This document shows positions 26,501 to 40,501 of a stretch of DNA of 64,000 nucleotides, in pieces (position 1 is the first letter of the stretch; each line of letters starts with the position of its first letter). Source of the DNA: Monocercomonoides exilis PA203 (taxonomy: Eukaryota > Protista > Preaxostyla); the NCBI GenBank assembly GCA_001643675.2, contig LSRY02000001.1, positions 682,001 through 746,000 on the forward strand. Reading direction: 5' to 3'. Below the pieces are notes generated by a model. It saw only the letters and a list, made by a program, of their open reading frames with translations, had not been told where the DNA came from and did not search any database. The position numbers were made by a program, and so were the translations under genes.

Positions 26501-29500
26501 GAGCTGCTGCCACTAACAGCATTTGGAGCAGGTGCTGCAGGAAACTGTATCGATGCTGTTGAAGGAGAAAAAGTCAAAGATTGTAATGAAGAAGAAGAAG
26601 AAGAAGCAGAAGCAGAAGCAGAAGAAGAAGAAGAAGAAGATAAAGATGATAAAGACGCAAAAGAAGGCAATTTTGTGTAAGAAGATTTCTGTCCCGTCTT
26701 CTTTGTGGATGACTGGAGAGGCAGTGGAGGGTGCATCAGAGGCGGAGAATGGTCGAATTCATCTCCAAAAGTCGGGAACTGGTTCTTCTTTCTCCTCTGA
26801 ACTTCTGCTTTTGTTGCTTCATTGATGGAAGTCGGGAAACGAGGAAATGGTTGTTTTGTTTGGTCTTCAATGTCGAGGATATCTTGTTGCTGATGTTGTT
26901 GAAGATGCTGCTGTTGATGCTGGTGCAGTCGGCGCTTGGTTGCCTGCTGCTGTTTGAAGAGAAGCTGCGACTGCTCTTCAAAATGAGCACTTGCTGAAGT
27001 TAGGTCTATTGAGGCTATTAATTATGAATTCATATGAACATTCACATTTACAGACAAATTTGTATGCACATTCAAATACAAGGTTGTATTCAGATTAGCG
27101 TTTACATTATCATTCAAATAAACATTAAAATTTTCATTCAAAAATAAAAAAAATATGAACTTGAAATACACACCTGAAAGAGCACCTGCACTCCCATTTA
27201 TATCGAACTGTGCATCTTCAAAGGCATCTTTGCTGTCTGGGCGTTTAATTTCTCTTTGTTCGCTTGTTTCATCAGCATTTTCATTCTTCTTTTTTCTTCT
27301 TCGTCTCATCTGCTTCGATTTCTCTGTGTTTTTGTTCAATCGTCTTCGATGGATGTTCTTTTCGTTCGGAGAAATCCAATCTGAATCAGAATCATTCACA
27401 TCGTTCACCTCAAACACGTCATTTGCATCGCTTCCGCCTTCTTCTTCTCCTCTTCCTCTTCCTCTTCCTTCTCCTTCTCCTTCGCCAGCAGAGGCAGTTG
27501 AATGCCGTTTTTGCTGTTTTCTTGGCCTTCCTCCCTTTTTGTAGCCTCTTTTGCTGCTTTTTCTTTCATCTTTCTCTTTCTCTTTCTCCTTTTTAGCTTT
27601 AGCTTTTGCTTTTGCTCTCTTTCTCTTCTTCTTTTCGAGTGAGTCATTTGAAATATCTTCAAATGGATCGCCATCTTCATCAAAACTGTCGCTGTTATTG
27701 TTGCTTCCTATTTTATCTGAGTTCAGTTCACTTCTTCCTTCTTCTTCTTCTTCTTCCTCATTTTCTTCTTCTTCTTCCTCCTCCTCATCTTCTCCATTTC
27801 TATGTTTTGAAGGTTTTTCGAGTTTCTTCATCAATTTTTGCATTCTCTCCATCTTTTTATTCACAACTCTTCGATTTCTTTCGTTTTTAGCCATTTTTCT
27901 GTTGATTTTCGCAGCCATCCCATTTTCACAGCTCCTCAACCCTTCTTCCTCTTCTTCCTCTTCTTCTTCTCCCTTCAAATATGTTTCCTCATCCAATCCA
28001 CTTCTTCCTTCTCTTCCTTCTCTTCCTTCTCTTCCTTCTCTTCCTTCTCTTCCTCTCCCCTTCCTCTCCTCCTCCTCCTCCTTCTGCTTCTGCCGCTGCC
28101 TCGATGCAATATACTGCTCCTTCGTGTGTTTATACTCGTCATTCAGCACTTTTATCCTGTTCGCCAGCGGCTGCAGAACACATCTTGTACACACAACTCG
28201 ATTGATTGCGACGTCAATTTCTTGTTTTTCAGACTCGTCTCTGAAAAAGAGCTCGTGAAGGAAAGGCCTTTCGATTGCTCGCATTGAGCCTTCCCCTCCT
28301 GTTGCGACAGAAATCAGAACATCATTCAGAATTATTGAGTCAGCAGAGGAGGAAAAAGAGGAAAGTGTGTTGAAAATAGAGAAGATGCTGCGCTTTTGAG
28401 GGTTTCTTTGTGTGTTTGTCTGAAGGGCAAAAGAAGAAGAAAGAGAAGAAGAAGAAGAAGAAGAAGAAGAAGAAGAAGAATAAAACTTCTCAAAAGTCGA
28501 TGGAAATTCGTTTAATTCCACCAATTTCGATGCGATTTCCGATGATTTATGCCCCACCTCGTTCATTCTCTGCCATTTAATTCTTTGCTTCCTCAACATG
28601 ATTGCTTGAGCAAACTGCTCAATTTTGTATTTGATGGCTTCTGTTTCTGTTCCGCGCATCGAATTGACAAGAACAGCAGTCGAAGAAAGCGTTGAGAGAG
28701 AGGCAGAAGGAGCAGTGGTGGGAGAAGTGGCTGGTTGTGAAGAAGAGGAAGAGGAAGAGGAAGAGGAAGAGGAGAAGGAGGAGGAGGAGGAGGAAGAAAT
28801 AACAGAAGGAAAAGAAGAGGAAGAGGAAGATGAAGAATGAGAAGAAGAAGAATGAGAAGAAGAAGAAGAAGATGTTGGATGAGCAGTAAGAGAAGGCGAA
28901 AAAGGCGGATAATTAAAAGGGGCTGGAAGGCGCGATAGAGGGCGATGAACTCTTTCTGCTGGGAAATTGACAATAATCACACGGAAAGACGGGCCAAATC
29001 GACTGCACTTTGAAAGATCGAGTGTGGGAGGAGGCTGAAAAGAGCGGGAATTTTGAGAGGAAGAAGAAGAGGAAGAAGAGGAAGAGGGGAAGGAGGAGAA
29101 AGAAGAGAAAGAAGAGGCGAGTGAGTAAGGGGCAGAGGGAAGAGAAGCGATGGAGAATGAAGAAGAAGAAGAGGAAGAAGAAGAAGGATTTGCAGTTGAC
29201 AAAGAAGCTGTTATTGTTGGACTTGTTATTGAGGATGTACTTGAACCATCAACAGCAAATGTGATGGAAGAAGGCTGAACAGAAGAAAATGAATTGGAAG
29301 AGGAGGAAGAAATTGAAGAAGAAGAAGAAGAAGAAGAATTCAAAGAAACATTCGAAGAAGAAGATGCATTTGAAGAAGGTAAACAAGAAATACCTGGGAA
29401 ATTGTAAGCACCGTTGTCCATCTTCTGAAGAGGAGGTGTCGACAGCTCAGAAAAACGTGAGGCCGACAGAACAGCAGCAGCAGGCAAAGAAAGTACATCT

Positions 29501-32500
29501 CGTTCAATCAGAAGCAGATTAGAGGGAAATTTTGATTTCTGCTTTTGACTAAGTTTGGAGGGTTTGTCAAGGGATGAGATGGAAGAAGAGGAAGAAGAAG
29601 AAGAGGAGGAAGAAGAGGAGGAGGAAGTTGTGGAAGATTTATTGTCTGATGAATGAAATGGAGAAACAGAAGAAGAAGACGAAGTCAAAGAGGAAGAAGA
29701 AGACAACGAAGAAGAGGACGAAGAAGAAGAAGAGGCAGAAGAAGGCAATTGTGAAAGAGTTTTCGCCTGCACTTGGAAAAGGAAGCATTGATAGCGAACA
29801 AGCGCTTGCGCTGCATCGCGAGAGGACACAAAAATTGGAAATTTGAACACAGAAAGAGGCTTTTTGAGATAAGCATCACGAATTTTTGGGGAGTTTGGCT
29901 GAGAAAAGGAAAGATGTGAATTCTGAGAAGAGGAAAGAGGGGAAGAATTGGAGGAGTCAAGGGGAGATGAGGAAGAGATGGAGGAAGAAGAAGGAGAAGA
30001 AGGAGAAAGAGAAGGAGAGGAAGAAGAAGGAGAAGAAGAATTTGATTTGGTAGATGATCGAGATGAAGAATGAGTCAATGGAGAATTCAGCGATTGGTGA
30101 GGTGACAGAGAATCGTGCGAAGAAGGTGAAGTGGAATTACTTGAAATGTCTGAAGGAGAATATGAAGAATATGAAGAGTTTGAAGAAATTGAAGAGGAAG
30201 AAGAGGAAGAAGAGGAAGATGAAACAAGAAGCGAATCTACTTCTTTAGGATTTTCAGAAGGTGTATGCGATAAAGGATTAGATTGAGAATTAGATTGAGA
30301 ATGAGCTGTGTATGATTCAATGAACGGGTTCGGCGCCTGCAGCAGGTGTGGATCGAGATGCAGAAACATCATCAGCTTCATCGCCACCTCAAACCCAATC
30401 TCATTCAACATCCCTCTCTCAGCACTGCTCAATGACACTGTCACACTCAGCGCTTTTTCAGAGGAAGAACAAGAAGATTTTGTATCTTTGACTGCCTTTC
30501 CGATCAAAAAGGGATGGAAATCTTGTGTTTTTGAAACAGTTGTTCCATTTTTTTCTTTCTCTTTTGCTTCAACTGATTCTTTATCACATTTCTTCTCTCC
30601 TTCTCCTCTTCCAACAACTCCGTCATTTTCCCCTTCCTCCTCCATCTTCATTCTCTCCCTCTGCATTCTCTTCCTCTCCTCCCTCGCAAATCTATCACAC
30701 GTCTCCGAAACAAACAAAAGCGGCCAAATTGCAGCCAGCAAAATCATCCTTCTGACATCCGCTTCTTCTCCTCTCCTTTTCGCCCTCTCCACTTTCTCCC
30801 GCATCACCCGCTCCGTCTTCGTCACCCCGCGTGCTTTTGCTGCCTCGTCTGCTTCGTCTGCTGCTGCATCGACTTCGCCAGCAATGCAGAAAGAGTAAAT
30901 GGCAAAGCACAGCGCGAAGAAATGACGCGGCGGAAGCAGAAGCTTCGCATATTTTGTGAGCAGCACGTATTCATCGGTCTCTTCTAAGAGAGGCTTTTTG
31001 TGCAGGCAAAGAAGAGAGGCAAGCGAGTAAGGGAAAGAAGGAGTAAGTGGAGATGGGAATGCAAAGGAATGCGTTATTGGCAGAATTTGCAATGATTTCA
31101 CGGCAAATTCTTCGGATTTTGGAGAAGTTGCGTTGTTTTCAGGAGAATTCGAATGGCCAAAAACTGAATTTTCTGACTCAACAGGCGAAAACTCATCAGA
31201 AATGGCGCCTGAAGTTTGGTGCTGAGCAGGTTGCTTCAGAGAGAAAGAAGAAGAGGAAGAGGAATTTTCTGTTTGTTGAGTGGAGATCAACGCTGATGGA
31301 GGTGTCAGCGCAAGAGATGATGCGGGTGACGCAGAACCGGCTGAAGAAGAAGAAGAAGAAGAAGAAGAAGAAAAAGAAGAAGATGATGATGAAATGTCAC
31401 TTTGCCTTTCAGCCTGTTTTGAAAGAGCATCTACATCACTGCTGATAAAAGATGATGATGACTGCCCTGTTTCAGAAAGAGGCTGAAGGAGATTCGAAAC
31501 GCTGGCGCATTCTTTGTTTGTGTGTGTTTTTCTCCTCATCCGCTTCTCTTCTCTTTGTGGCTCTATCATTCTTCTGATAAAACCTGAAATCGCCTCGAGG
31601 TGCTTCATCTTTTGGCTCAATTTTGATTGTCTTGTAGAGCTTTCATCGGAGGCAGGCATTAAAGTTTCAAAGGTGCCTTTTCTGTCATTCAGCTGCAGCT
31701 GGCTCCGCTGCGACGTCTGCAAAGATGAGCGGCGCTGCTGTTCGAGTGAACGAGACTGGGAAAGCGAAGCAGGAGAGCTTTTGAGGCTTTTCATTGGTTG
31801 GTGCTGGGCGTGGCCTTTCTGATTCTTCAGAGACTGCTTTTCAAGGAATAGAAGCCCCTTTGCTGTTGAATTCCGCGCGGTTGGCGATCTGCCCGCCTTC
31901 GAAGTGTAGCGAGGCGATTCGCTTTGATTCCTTCTCGATGAATGAAGCGACTTCAGAATTTTCAACCGCTCTTTTTCGTACACCTTGTCGCGGCCCCTCA
32001 GAGCTTCGTCCGCAGAAGTGCCGCTGCGCTTTGCTGAACTCGAACGGCTGGCTGACCTTTCAAAGCTGCGTGGTCCTTTAGCCGTTTTCTTCTTCTTTGC
32101 ATTTAATGAATTTTTTCGTAAACTTTTCATTGGGAATGCTAAAATTGTCTTCGGAGACTCTATTTGCACAGATGGACATTCAAGCAACGGAGAAGTCAAG
32201 CAACCTTCCACAGAAGTTGAAGAGGATGAATGAGATTGAGGCATTGAATCATCGTTGGGGTCATCAGAAAACAGCGAATCATCGCTTTGACTCTCATCTT
32301 CGCTTTCTTTTTTTTGATCAAATTGATTCATTCTTTTGAGAGAGTTAATTCCAATTGCATTTTCTTTTGTTTTATGATAAACGGCTTCGTTTTCGTTTTT
32401 TTCTTTTCCTTCTGCTTCAGATAATTGTGTGTAACTTGAATAATGAAAAAGAAAAGAATGTAAAGTAAAAATTAGAATTCTCACAATAAATTCATTACAC

Positions 32501-32577
32501 AAGACAATCACAAACGCTTTAAAGTCCTTTTCAAAAACTTGAGCCCTTTGCCCTCCAAGAATCGGAATGAGAGACAT
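14542..32577 (-). CDS. Giant Ser-rich hypothetical protein (about 5,900 aa or more); 5' exons uncertain
   Basis: The 1,851-aa and 4,064-aa ORFs join in phase 1 across intron 27173-27006 (TCAG|GTGTGT...AATAG|AC). More short exons probably extend to about 33,000. No domain recognised. Confidence 0.75.
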
Positions 32578-33356
32578 GAAAAAGGATGAAATATTTTTAT
32601 CCTAAACACAAAACCTTCGTTAAAGCTGGAAAAAAAAACAACTGCATACATCATATTTTGAAAAGGCATGCTCAATGGAAAGAATGTCCCCTTCAAAAGA
32701 CTTTCCTGTCAAACGATCAAGCTCATTTTTAATCCATTCTTTTAAAGAAATAGGATTGAACGAACAATGATTTATCTTTATGAATGGAAAAATTAAAAAA
32801 TGATTCAATTGATTAAATTTGAAAAAAACTCTCTGGTTTTTTAAAAACTTTTGCAAACAGTTTTCTGTAAAATTTCTTTGTTACAATTATCAAGCTCCAT
32901 TTGGAAAAAAATCTGAAATTTTTGCAAAAAATTACTTTCAAACAAAAATATATGAATTTCAAACTTATTAATTTATCTCTGTTTGCGTATCTCTTTTTTA
33001 GATCCAAAAACAAAAAATGAAAGATCCAAGCTAAATATTATATGGGTTCAAGAATGAAAACGTCTTTTCTAATTCAAGAAAAAAGGTTAAAATGCAAAGT
33101 TAATAATAAGACATTTCCAAATTTAAAACATTTCTTTTCAGAAAAATTTATTTCGTTCATCTTGATCAGAATATTTCATAAAGTTTAATTTAGTTATGGA
33201 ATTATCTTGTATTAATTTTTTCTGCTTTTTGATGCTAACTTTTAAAATTATGACTTTTCTTTTATCATTTTTTTGGTAACTGGAATTGTTTATTATATCA
33301 AATAATTATTATTTTTCTTCATTGATTATTTTGTTTTTTGTTCTCTTTTATGCTTA

Positions 33357-34715
33357 ATGTCATATTGTGGTTTAAAACAAGCTTACGAAATAATTGAAGT
33401 TAAAACAGAATTAGGCGTTGATGCAAATGCTAAAGATAAAAATTTAAACGATGTTTCAAGATATGAACAATTTGAACAATTGTTGGGACATCTTTGTATT
33501 CAACTTCATGACCGCAAATTTGCGGATTTTTTAAAAGAATTGTTACGAATGCCCTTTCACGTTAAGCCACTATCACCTTCCTTTTGCTCTTCTATTATAC
33601 AGAAGAACGTAAGTTATATCTATGAAAGAAAATTACCCGGCCCTGACGTATATCCCCATCTTTATTGCGAAGAAATGATAAACATATTAAAGGATAATAT
33701 CCCTACTGAAACGGGAATTGTATTCTTAAGCGAAGAAGAAGAGGGTCGAATGTGTGTGATGAATGATATGATTTTTGAAGCAAAGGGAAAGTGGAAAGAA
33801 CTAATAACAGAAGATACGAGCCTCGAAGTGGCAATGCTTTTTTCAACATGGGCGACAGAAACGCAACTTTTTTTCATCATAGAAGAAATAAAAAATAACT
33901 TTGTCGAAATATCAAATAATTGTTGTGGATGCTTCTTTGTTCAAAAGATAATAGAGGCTGTGAGCCATAACCCTTTCCAAAGTGTGTTGCTGAGCTCTAT
34001 TTGCAAACAAAATGCAATGTCATTAATTCAAAGCGAATTTGGAATTTCAGTTATTCTGAAAGTCATTCAGCGTTTTTCACCTGTTTCTCGCAACTTTGTG
34101 ATCACAACTTTCTGTAATCATGCTGAAGAACTCTCAAAAAACAAATTTAGCTCTGCTTTATTTCAGAAACTTCTTCAATGCGCTTCAATTTCGGAAAGGA
34201 TTGCTTTGATCGAAAGCCTTGTTCCCTCTGTTTTGTCTCTGTCAACTTGTGAGGTTGGAAATTTTGTAATCAGACAAGCCATTTGCTTTCCATGGGGAGT
34301 ATGCAGGGATGAAGATAATTCAAAACTTAAGATAACTTCGATTCTGTGTAATTCAATCTCTTCATTTGCATTTAATGAATTTTCTTGCCCCATGATTGTG
34401 TCTGCCATTCCTCAACTGCCAATTTTCGTTGATCAGCAACTTTGCAGCAGCGTTTTAATGAATGTTGATATTGTTTATCTTTCAAAACATTTTTTAGGTC
34501 AGCGCTTACTTTATGGAATCATTTCTTTTGCTGATGATCAACAGATTAAATTCATAACCGATTCATTATATGATTTGCTGTTTACTGAACTTCAAAAATC
34601 TTCAATTCACCAAAGAATTGTAGGGTTTTTATTAAAAAAGTTACACTTAAAGGGGCTTTTTCATCCTTCAGAACCAAAACCCCCAAAAAACGCAACAGTT
34701 TATTATCCCACATAA
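33357..34715 (+). CDS. Pumilio/PUF-repeat protein, divergent
   Basis: ~36-aa repeats ISNNCCGCFFVQKIIE, LIQSEFGISVILKVIQ, LSKNKFSSALFQKLLQ and LSTCEVGNFVIRQAI. Confidence 0.8.
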   Translation: MSYCGLKQAYEIIEVKTELGVDANAKDKNLNDVSRYEQFEQLLGHLCIQLHDRKFADFLKELLRMPFHVKPLSPSFCSSIIQKNVSYIYERKLPGPDVYPHLYCEEMINILKDNIPTETGIVFLSEEEEGRMCVMNDMIFEAKGKWKELITEDTSLEVAMLFSTWATETQLFFIIEEIKNNFVEISNNCCGCFFVQKIIEAVSHNPFQSVLLSSICKQNAMSLIQSEFGISVILKVIQRFSPVSRNFVITTFCNHAEELSKNKFSSALFQKLLQCASISERIALIESLVPSVLSLSTCEVGNFVIRQAICFPWGVCRDEDNSKLKITSILCNSISSFAFNEFSCPMIVSAIPQLPIFVDQQLCSSVLMNVDIVYLSKHFLGQRLLYGIISFADDQQIKFITDSLYDLLFTELQKSSIHQRIVGFLLKKLHLKGLFHPSEPKPPKNATVYYPT

Positions 34716-34903
34716 AGTGATCTAAACAATAAAGAATATGTAGTTTTATCATATTTTTTATAAACAATAAGAAGAATATATGTTTTATAGAAATAATTTT
34801 TTTATTTGAAAAATGAAAGCAACTTTCAATTTTAAAAAAAAACAAAAAATAAAAATTCATTAATCCAAATCATATTATTTCTTTATAAAAAACAAGAAAA
34901 ATA

Positions 34904-34975
34904 GGGCCTGACCGGGAATTGAACCCGGGACCTCTTGCACCCAAAGCAAGAATCATACCACTAGACCATCAGGCC
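34904..34975 (-). tRNA. tRNA-Pro(TGG)
   Basis: Reverse complement GGCCTGATGGTCTAGTGGTATGATTCTTGCTTTGGGTGCAAGAGGTCCCGGGTTCAATTCCCGGTCAGGCCC. Anticodon arm CTTGC-TTTGGGT-GCAAG. Confidence 0.95.
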
Positions 34976-35128
34976 TCTTTTACAGGATAAAAACGATATG
35001 GCCATATCATAACGTATTGTGAATGTCAAATCATTTTAGATCTTACTATTACGTCGTGATTAATTCAAAACGGTTGTGGTTTTATCACGACGGGCCGTAT
35101 CACGGATTTGCAAAAATGATGTTTGTTG

Positions 35129-38100
35129 TAAGCCAGGGTGACTGACTGACTTTGACTTGGAAAAAAGCGAATTTTGACTGACGCGAGGGGAAAAAATCCC
35201 GTCAGAAAAATTATATGCGATATTTGTTATATTTTTAATAACAGAATATTTTCAATTTGCTTATTAATTCATAATAATTATTTTTTTTAAAAAAACTATT
35301 GATCGAAGTTTTCGAATTTTTTTCTATCTTTTTTTAATTATGGGGAACTGACGGAACTGACGAAGGTGGAAAAATTTGATCAAAAAACGTCCCATGGAGT
35401 CAGTGGCTGGCAGTGTCACAGAAAAGTATTCAATGGGTGAAGAACAAATATAAATTAAAGAAGAATCGGAAAACAGCCTGTTTGATATCTTCATCGTTTG
35501 ATCTTCTTTTTTTAATTCTGATTAATTTCAAATGACATATTTCAGGGCTGATGCATTCGGAAAAAGTTTAATTTAACGAAAAAAGTTCATTGCTTATTTG
35601 TTTATCTTGAAAAATGTGGAAACTCAAAATATGTTTCAGATTTGTTTTGAAAAACATCTTTTCAGAAGTTGTTGAAAAATATACAGATAATTTTTTTTTC
35701 GCTTTTTCTCATTTTTGAGATTTGCAAACTGTATCTTCTGGGCTGTGTCTTATACAAATAACTTCACATAGCATCGCAGTTAGCTCTTAAAAAGTTATTT
35801 CGATGAAAAATATTATCATGAGAGAAAAAGATATTCTTTGAACGTGTGATCGTTGAAATGCAATTCAACAAGTTTGTTTCTTCTTTGATTATCTTCTCTT
35901 TTATTTTTTCATATACACAATATTTTTAAAGCTGAAAGGAATAAAGAAAAAACAAGTTAACAAATGTTCCGTTATTTAAGAGAACAGGAAGAAAGCATTC
36001 CATTGAAGATTTTCTTATGAACAATTTATCGATGAGGAAGGAAAATATCATAATGTCAACGTTAATCAATCAAAATGTGTCAATAACTTATCTGAAGATA
36101 AGAGCATTTTATTTTCGTGTTTGCACAAGTCCTCATTCTTCAAAGTTATTATTCATATTTTATTTCCATATCTGATAAGAAGGTTAAGAGCATCAAAAAT
36201 TGCAATCGAAAAAATATTACATTTAAAAGAGCCTTTCTGTTTAGTTCTAATTGTTTAAAAACAATTAAATTTGCAATTTCAATTCAAGATATATCGATTT
36301 ATTTCAACTTCGAGAAACAGTCTTTCTTTCCACGTTACAATCAAATCCACAATAGATCTTCGTTTTTTCCACTTCTTCTTCATCCTCCTTCTCTTTTCCT
36401 TTTCTCTTCATTGCATCATCATTTATGTATTTCACTATCAATCCATTATTTCAATCTTCTTCATCTTTTCCTTCCTGAACTTTCTTCTAACTTTTTAATT
36501 CATCCACAGATAGACTTAATTTATTTCGTTATTCATCTTTTTAAAACGATGAACCGCAGCAACTGATTGACCCTTCGGTTCCGAATGTTTTTACTATTTT
36601 TTTTAATAGACAACGAATATATGGACGAATGCGACGAGGTGTTTTTATTGATGCTTTTTGTTTCAGGTACTATGCAGTTATGATATCTTTGAGGTTTGTC
36701 TTCATCTTTTTCGTACACTCATCTTCTTTTACCGAAACGATATATATCTTTTCTTCTTCATTCTCAATGCAAAGAAGAGAAGAGAAGAATACAGAAGAGG
36801 CAGAAGGAGATGAGCAGTCATTGTTGTCTTTGATGTTTACTCGAGAAATCAGCCCTTCCAACGTGTCTGCAACGTGATGAGTTATAACGAACAAGGCAGC
36901 ATGATATTTATCGAAAAGGATCTTTGAAAAATGTTTGTAATTACTCTGCGAGCATTTTGAGTTTTGCTATTTTGTTCGCTTTTACTGATAAAAGCACTGG
37001 AGGAGGAAAAGTCAGTTGTTTTTTGATCTTCATTGCGGAAAATATAAACGTGCTCCTGAAGATCATCTGATAAATTTTCTCACTCTCCTTTTCCAACGAA
37101 AATTTTGCTGCAAGCATTGTTATCTATCCAGTCAACACTTTAGGTTGTAAACAACTCAAAGAAGCGATATGAAAAGTGCTAACATTGTGAAGAACAAAAT
37201 AAATTGCATTAACTGAGAATAATGGGACATGGCCAATGCTGGATTACACAATACAATTTCACTGCTTTGATTGTGCTGGCTGAACTGGAGCAGCGCGAAG
37301 AGGGAGAGGGAGGATAAAAGGGAGAAGAAGAGGGAAGCAAAGAGGGAAAAGAAGATGGAGGGAGGGAGGTGATGGGAATGAGGAGAAAGGCGGGTATACG
37401 ACTGCGCGCAGGGAATTTGTGGAAAGAATAAAAGAGAACCAGGGGAAGCTGGAAGAAGCGATGGCGCCGCTGGTTGTGAAGGCGCTTGAGCTGGTTCGGC
37501 TGAGGTTTGTGAAAGCAGTTGCAAAGGCTGAGGCTGATACTGAAGCCGATGCAGACAAGCAGCATTCTGTGGAACCTGAAGTGCACAGTTCTTCTCCATC
37601 TGATGGCTTTCAATGAGAAATTTCAAGAGCAGAAAAGAATTGGGCTTCGGCAGTGCACAAACATTGGATAGGACAGCCATTTTACAAACCAGAGCCGTTG
37701 CATATGTTTCATAAGAAGTTATCAATGTTGATTTTGGGAGCTAAACATTGAATTTGATAAGGAAAGAAAGTTGCTAAAATCAAATGCAATTTAAAGAACA
37801 TCTTATTGCTGGTGTTGTGAGGTTTGTAAAATGATATTAATCATCTTGGATTGCCTTGCAAACTGCTTTGTTTTGACCGAAAAAGATGAACTGACAAGTT
37901 AAGATTTGTGTGTTACATTGAGAGTGATCCAATAAGGTTTAAAGGAGAAGAACGAAGAATGTGAGAAATTTATTACGAAGAAATGATTTGCTCAGATGAA
38001 CACGATTCCATAGAGATAAAAGGAGGAGAGGAAAAAACAGATAAAAAGAAATTGAGAGAAGGTTCAAATTTGGATTATAGTCTATTATAAAACCGACCAA

Positions 38101-39959
38101 GGTTAATAGAGATGAAATCAAATGATACAAGGGCAGAAGTTAGTAATCTTGAAATGAATGAACTTGCAAAAAGAACATTTTAATGGCAAAGAAATTTTGT
38201 GCCAGCAAGAGAAGATATTATTAGAATTCCCATCGTAGAACAAACACAAAATTTTCAAGATCTTTTTTAATATTTTATTCGAAACAGAATAACAATTGTT
38301 CCATTGTGCTTTTCAAAACAATTGATGTTTTATTTGACAGTTATCTTTAATTCCTTGTTAATGTCTCTTTGCAAATTTTCATCTCATTTTTTTATAAATA
38401 AAAATAATAAAAAAAAGAACGTTATTGTTTTTTCATATTGAAAATCTTTCAAAACATCAAAGACTTTCATTTCAAAACTTGTAATGTTGTATTGACAAGA
38501 CTTGATTTGGAAGAAATGAAAAAAAATCAACTTTAAAAGAATACATATAATAATTATCTTTTCATTTGCAGTTTTTTTATCTTTCTTTTGAACATATCAA
38601 TAATCTCACTTTCTTATTGTCTCTCTTGTTTTCTTAAATTTTTTCTCAAATTCGACTTCCAACTCAAACTTCATATTCAAATATTTTCTTCCTTTCATTC
38701 AAAAAATCTCTTCAATCTTCTCAATTCTATTTCCTTTCTGAATACCCTTCAAAATTGTCTCTTCATTCTCATTCTCTTTCTCTTTCGCCTCTTCTTTCAT
38801 TCTTCTTCTCATTAATTTTTGAATATTTCCTTTGGCTGTATAATTGATCAGTTTTTTTTTTCTTTCTCTCTTTATCTCTGAAGATGAAACAAATCATGAA
38901 TAAATTCAATCCGACGAAGTGAATGACGATAAAGAAGGAGATGCTATTAGAAATGTTGTTGATGTATCGGAAGAAGAAGAAGAAGAAGATCATGATGATG
39001 AATAAATTGAAGAAGACGATTAATTGTTGAAAATTGAGAAGATGAGAGCCAATGAATGTCAACGTAGAAATTCATTGAAATTTTCTTCTTCAGGATTTTG
39101 TCTTCTTCTGGCAAATAATCTCCTTTGAATACTTTTTCACTTTCAGCTCAATCTCTTTCTCTCTTTCCATCTAAAAATACAAAGCATGCGTCAATCTCTT
39201 TTTCATTCCATCTCTTCTTCTTTCACAAGAAATCATCTTTCCTCAAAAATAATTCTTCGCCAAAGGTTTATGCCAGGCATCTTCGATTTATCTTGAATTT
39301 CATCTGTCCGTCTTTATTTTTCCTTCCCCACTTTTCTTCTTCTTCAAAACCATCTAATCCTTCGCTCTTTCAACTGTCTAAATGAAAAAATTTTTTTCCT
39401 TCAAAAAAAGTTACAGCAAACCTTCAGAACTTATTTTTAAGTCAATGTCTATATTTTATCCCATTGACAAAGCTTGCTTCCCTCTCATTCAATTTCATTA
39501 TTCCTTCCTTTATCAAGTGTTTCATCATCTGATTCTGCAATCATCCTTTCCATCAGTTGTTTTTCCATCAAATTCATCGATTTCTTGCTCTTCTGAAAAA
39601 TGTAATATTTTTGTATTCAGCTCAAATTCCATCTTTCTTAGTGAAAAAAAACATAAAATCTATCAATAGGCAAATTTTTAATAATGCAAACCAAACAACT
39701 TTCCTTTAATGAGAGCATATAATTGAAAAGAATAAAATATTTCTTAGAATAAAAATAATAAGAATAATGGTTCATTTTTTTGGAACTGAACCAATAACAA
39801 AGTCATTTGTCAAGGAAAAAATAGCTGAATGAATTTTATGAAAAGATATCCATGTTAAAAAGCCTTTTTGAATAAAGATTTTAAATAGAAACATTCTGAC
39901 GTGAAAAAATTCTGCTGACTGACATAACCATCGATTTTTCGATCCGTCACCCAGGCTTA
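35129..39959. mobile_element. hAT-like element 1, decayed interior
   Basis: Perfect 8-bp TSD GTTTGTTG (35121-35128 and 39960-39967). TIR TAAGCCAGGGTGAC / GTCACCCAGGCTTA. Subterminal CTGAC repeats. Confidence 0.85.
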
Positions 39960-40501
39960 GTTTGTTGATCATGATTTTTTTTTCTTTCCATTTCGTGAGT
40001 ACGAAGTTTCAAATACATGCAGCATGAAGATATGTTTTATGTTATTGTGTTTTGCACACATATTTATGATCATTAAACTCATCTTTTTTTCAGATCTTAT
40101 GATTTTTTTAAAACATCGTTTTTTTCACTTAAATTGACGAAAACATAACCTACATCGGAAGTTCAAAGTGAATTTGCTTTTTTAATGAAAGTATCTGCGA
40201 AACAGAGATTCACAGCAATGTTTTTTACTTATAAAGAAACTTTTGCGTTGGATATCACTAAAAACATTTTTTTCATATCATTTTTTGTTCTAAACGGGCA
40301 ATAAAGTTCTATTTTTTAAGTTGTTTTTTCTGACAAAAATTGTTTTTTAAAATAATTGTCAGTTGTTTATTATTTTTAATAGTTGATGAAAAATATACAA
40401 AAACGAGATGTGAAAATTATTGGAGAAAAAACAAACGTAATAAATAAAAGAATTTAAGAAAAGATATCAATTCCGATGAAAAAGATGCAAAGGACAATTT
40501 T

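Noticed and set aside
9428-32339. Many overlapping short ORFs rich in F/S/L or K/R/E
   Set aside because: Shadow frames of low-complexity coding tracts in ATG5 and the giant gene.
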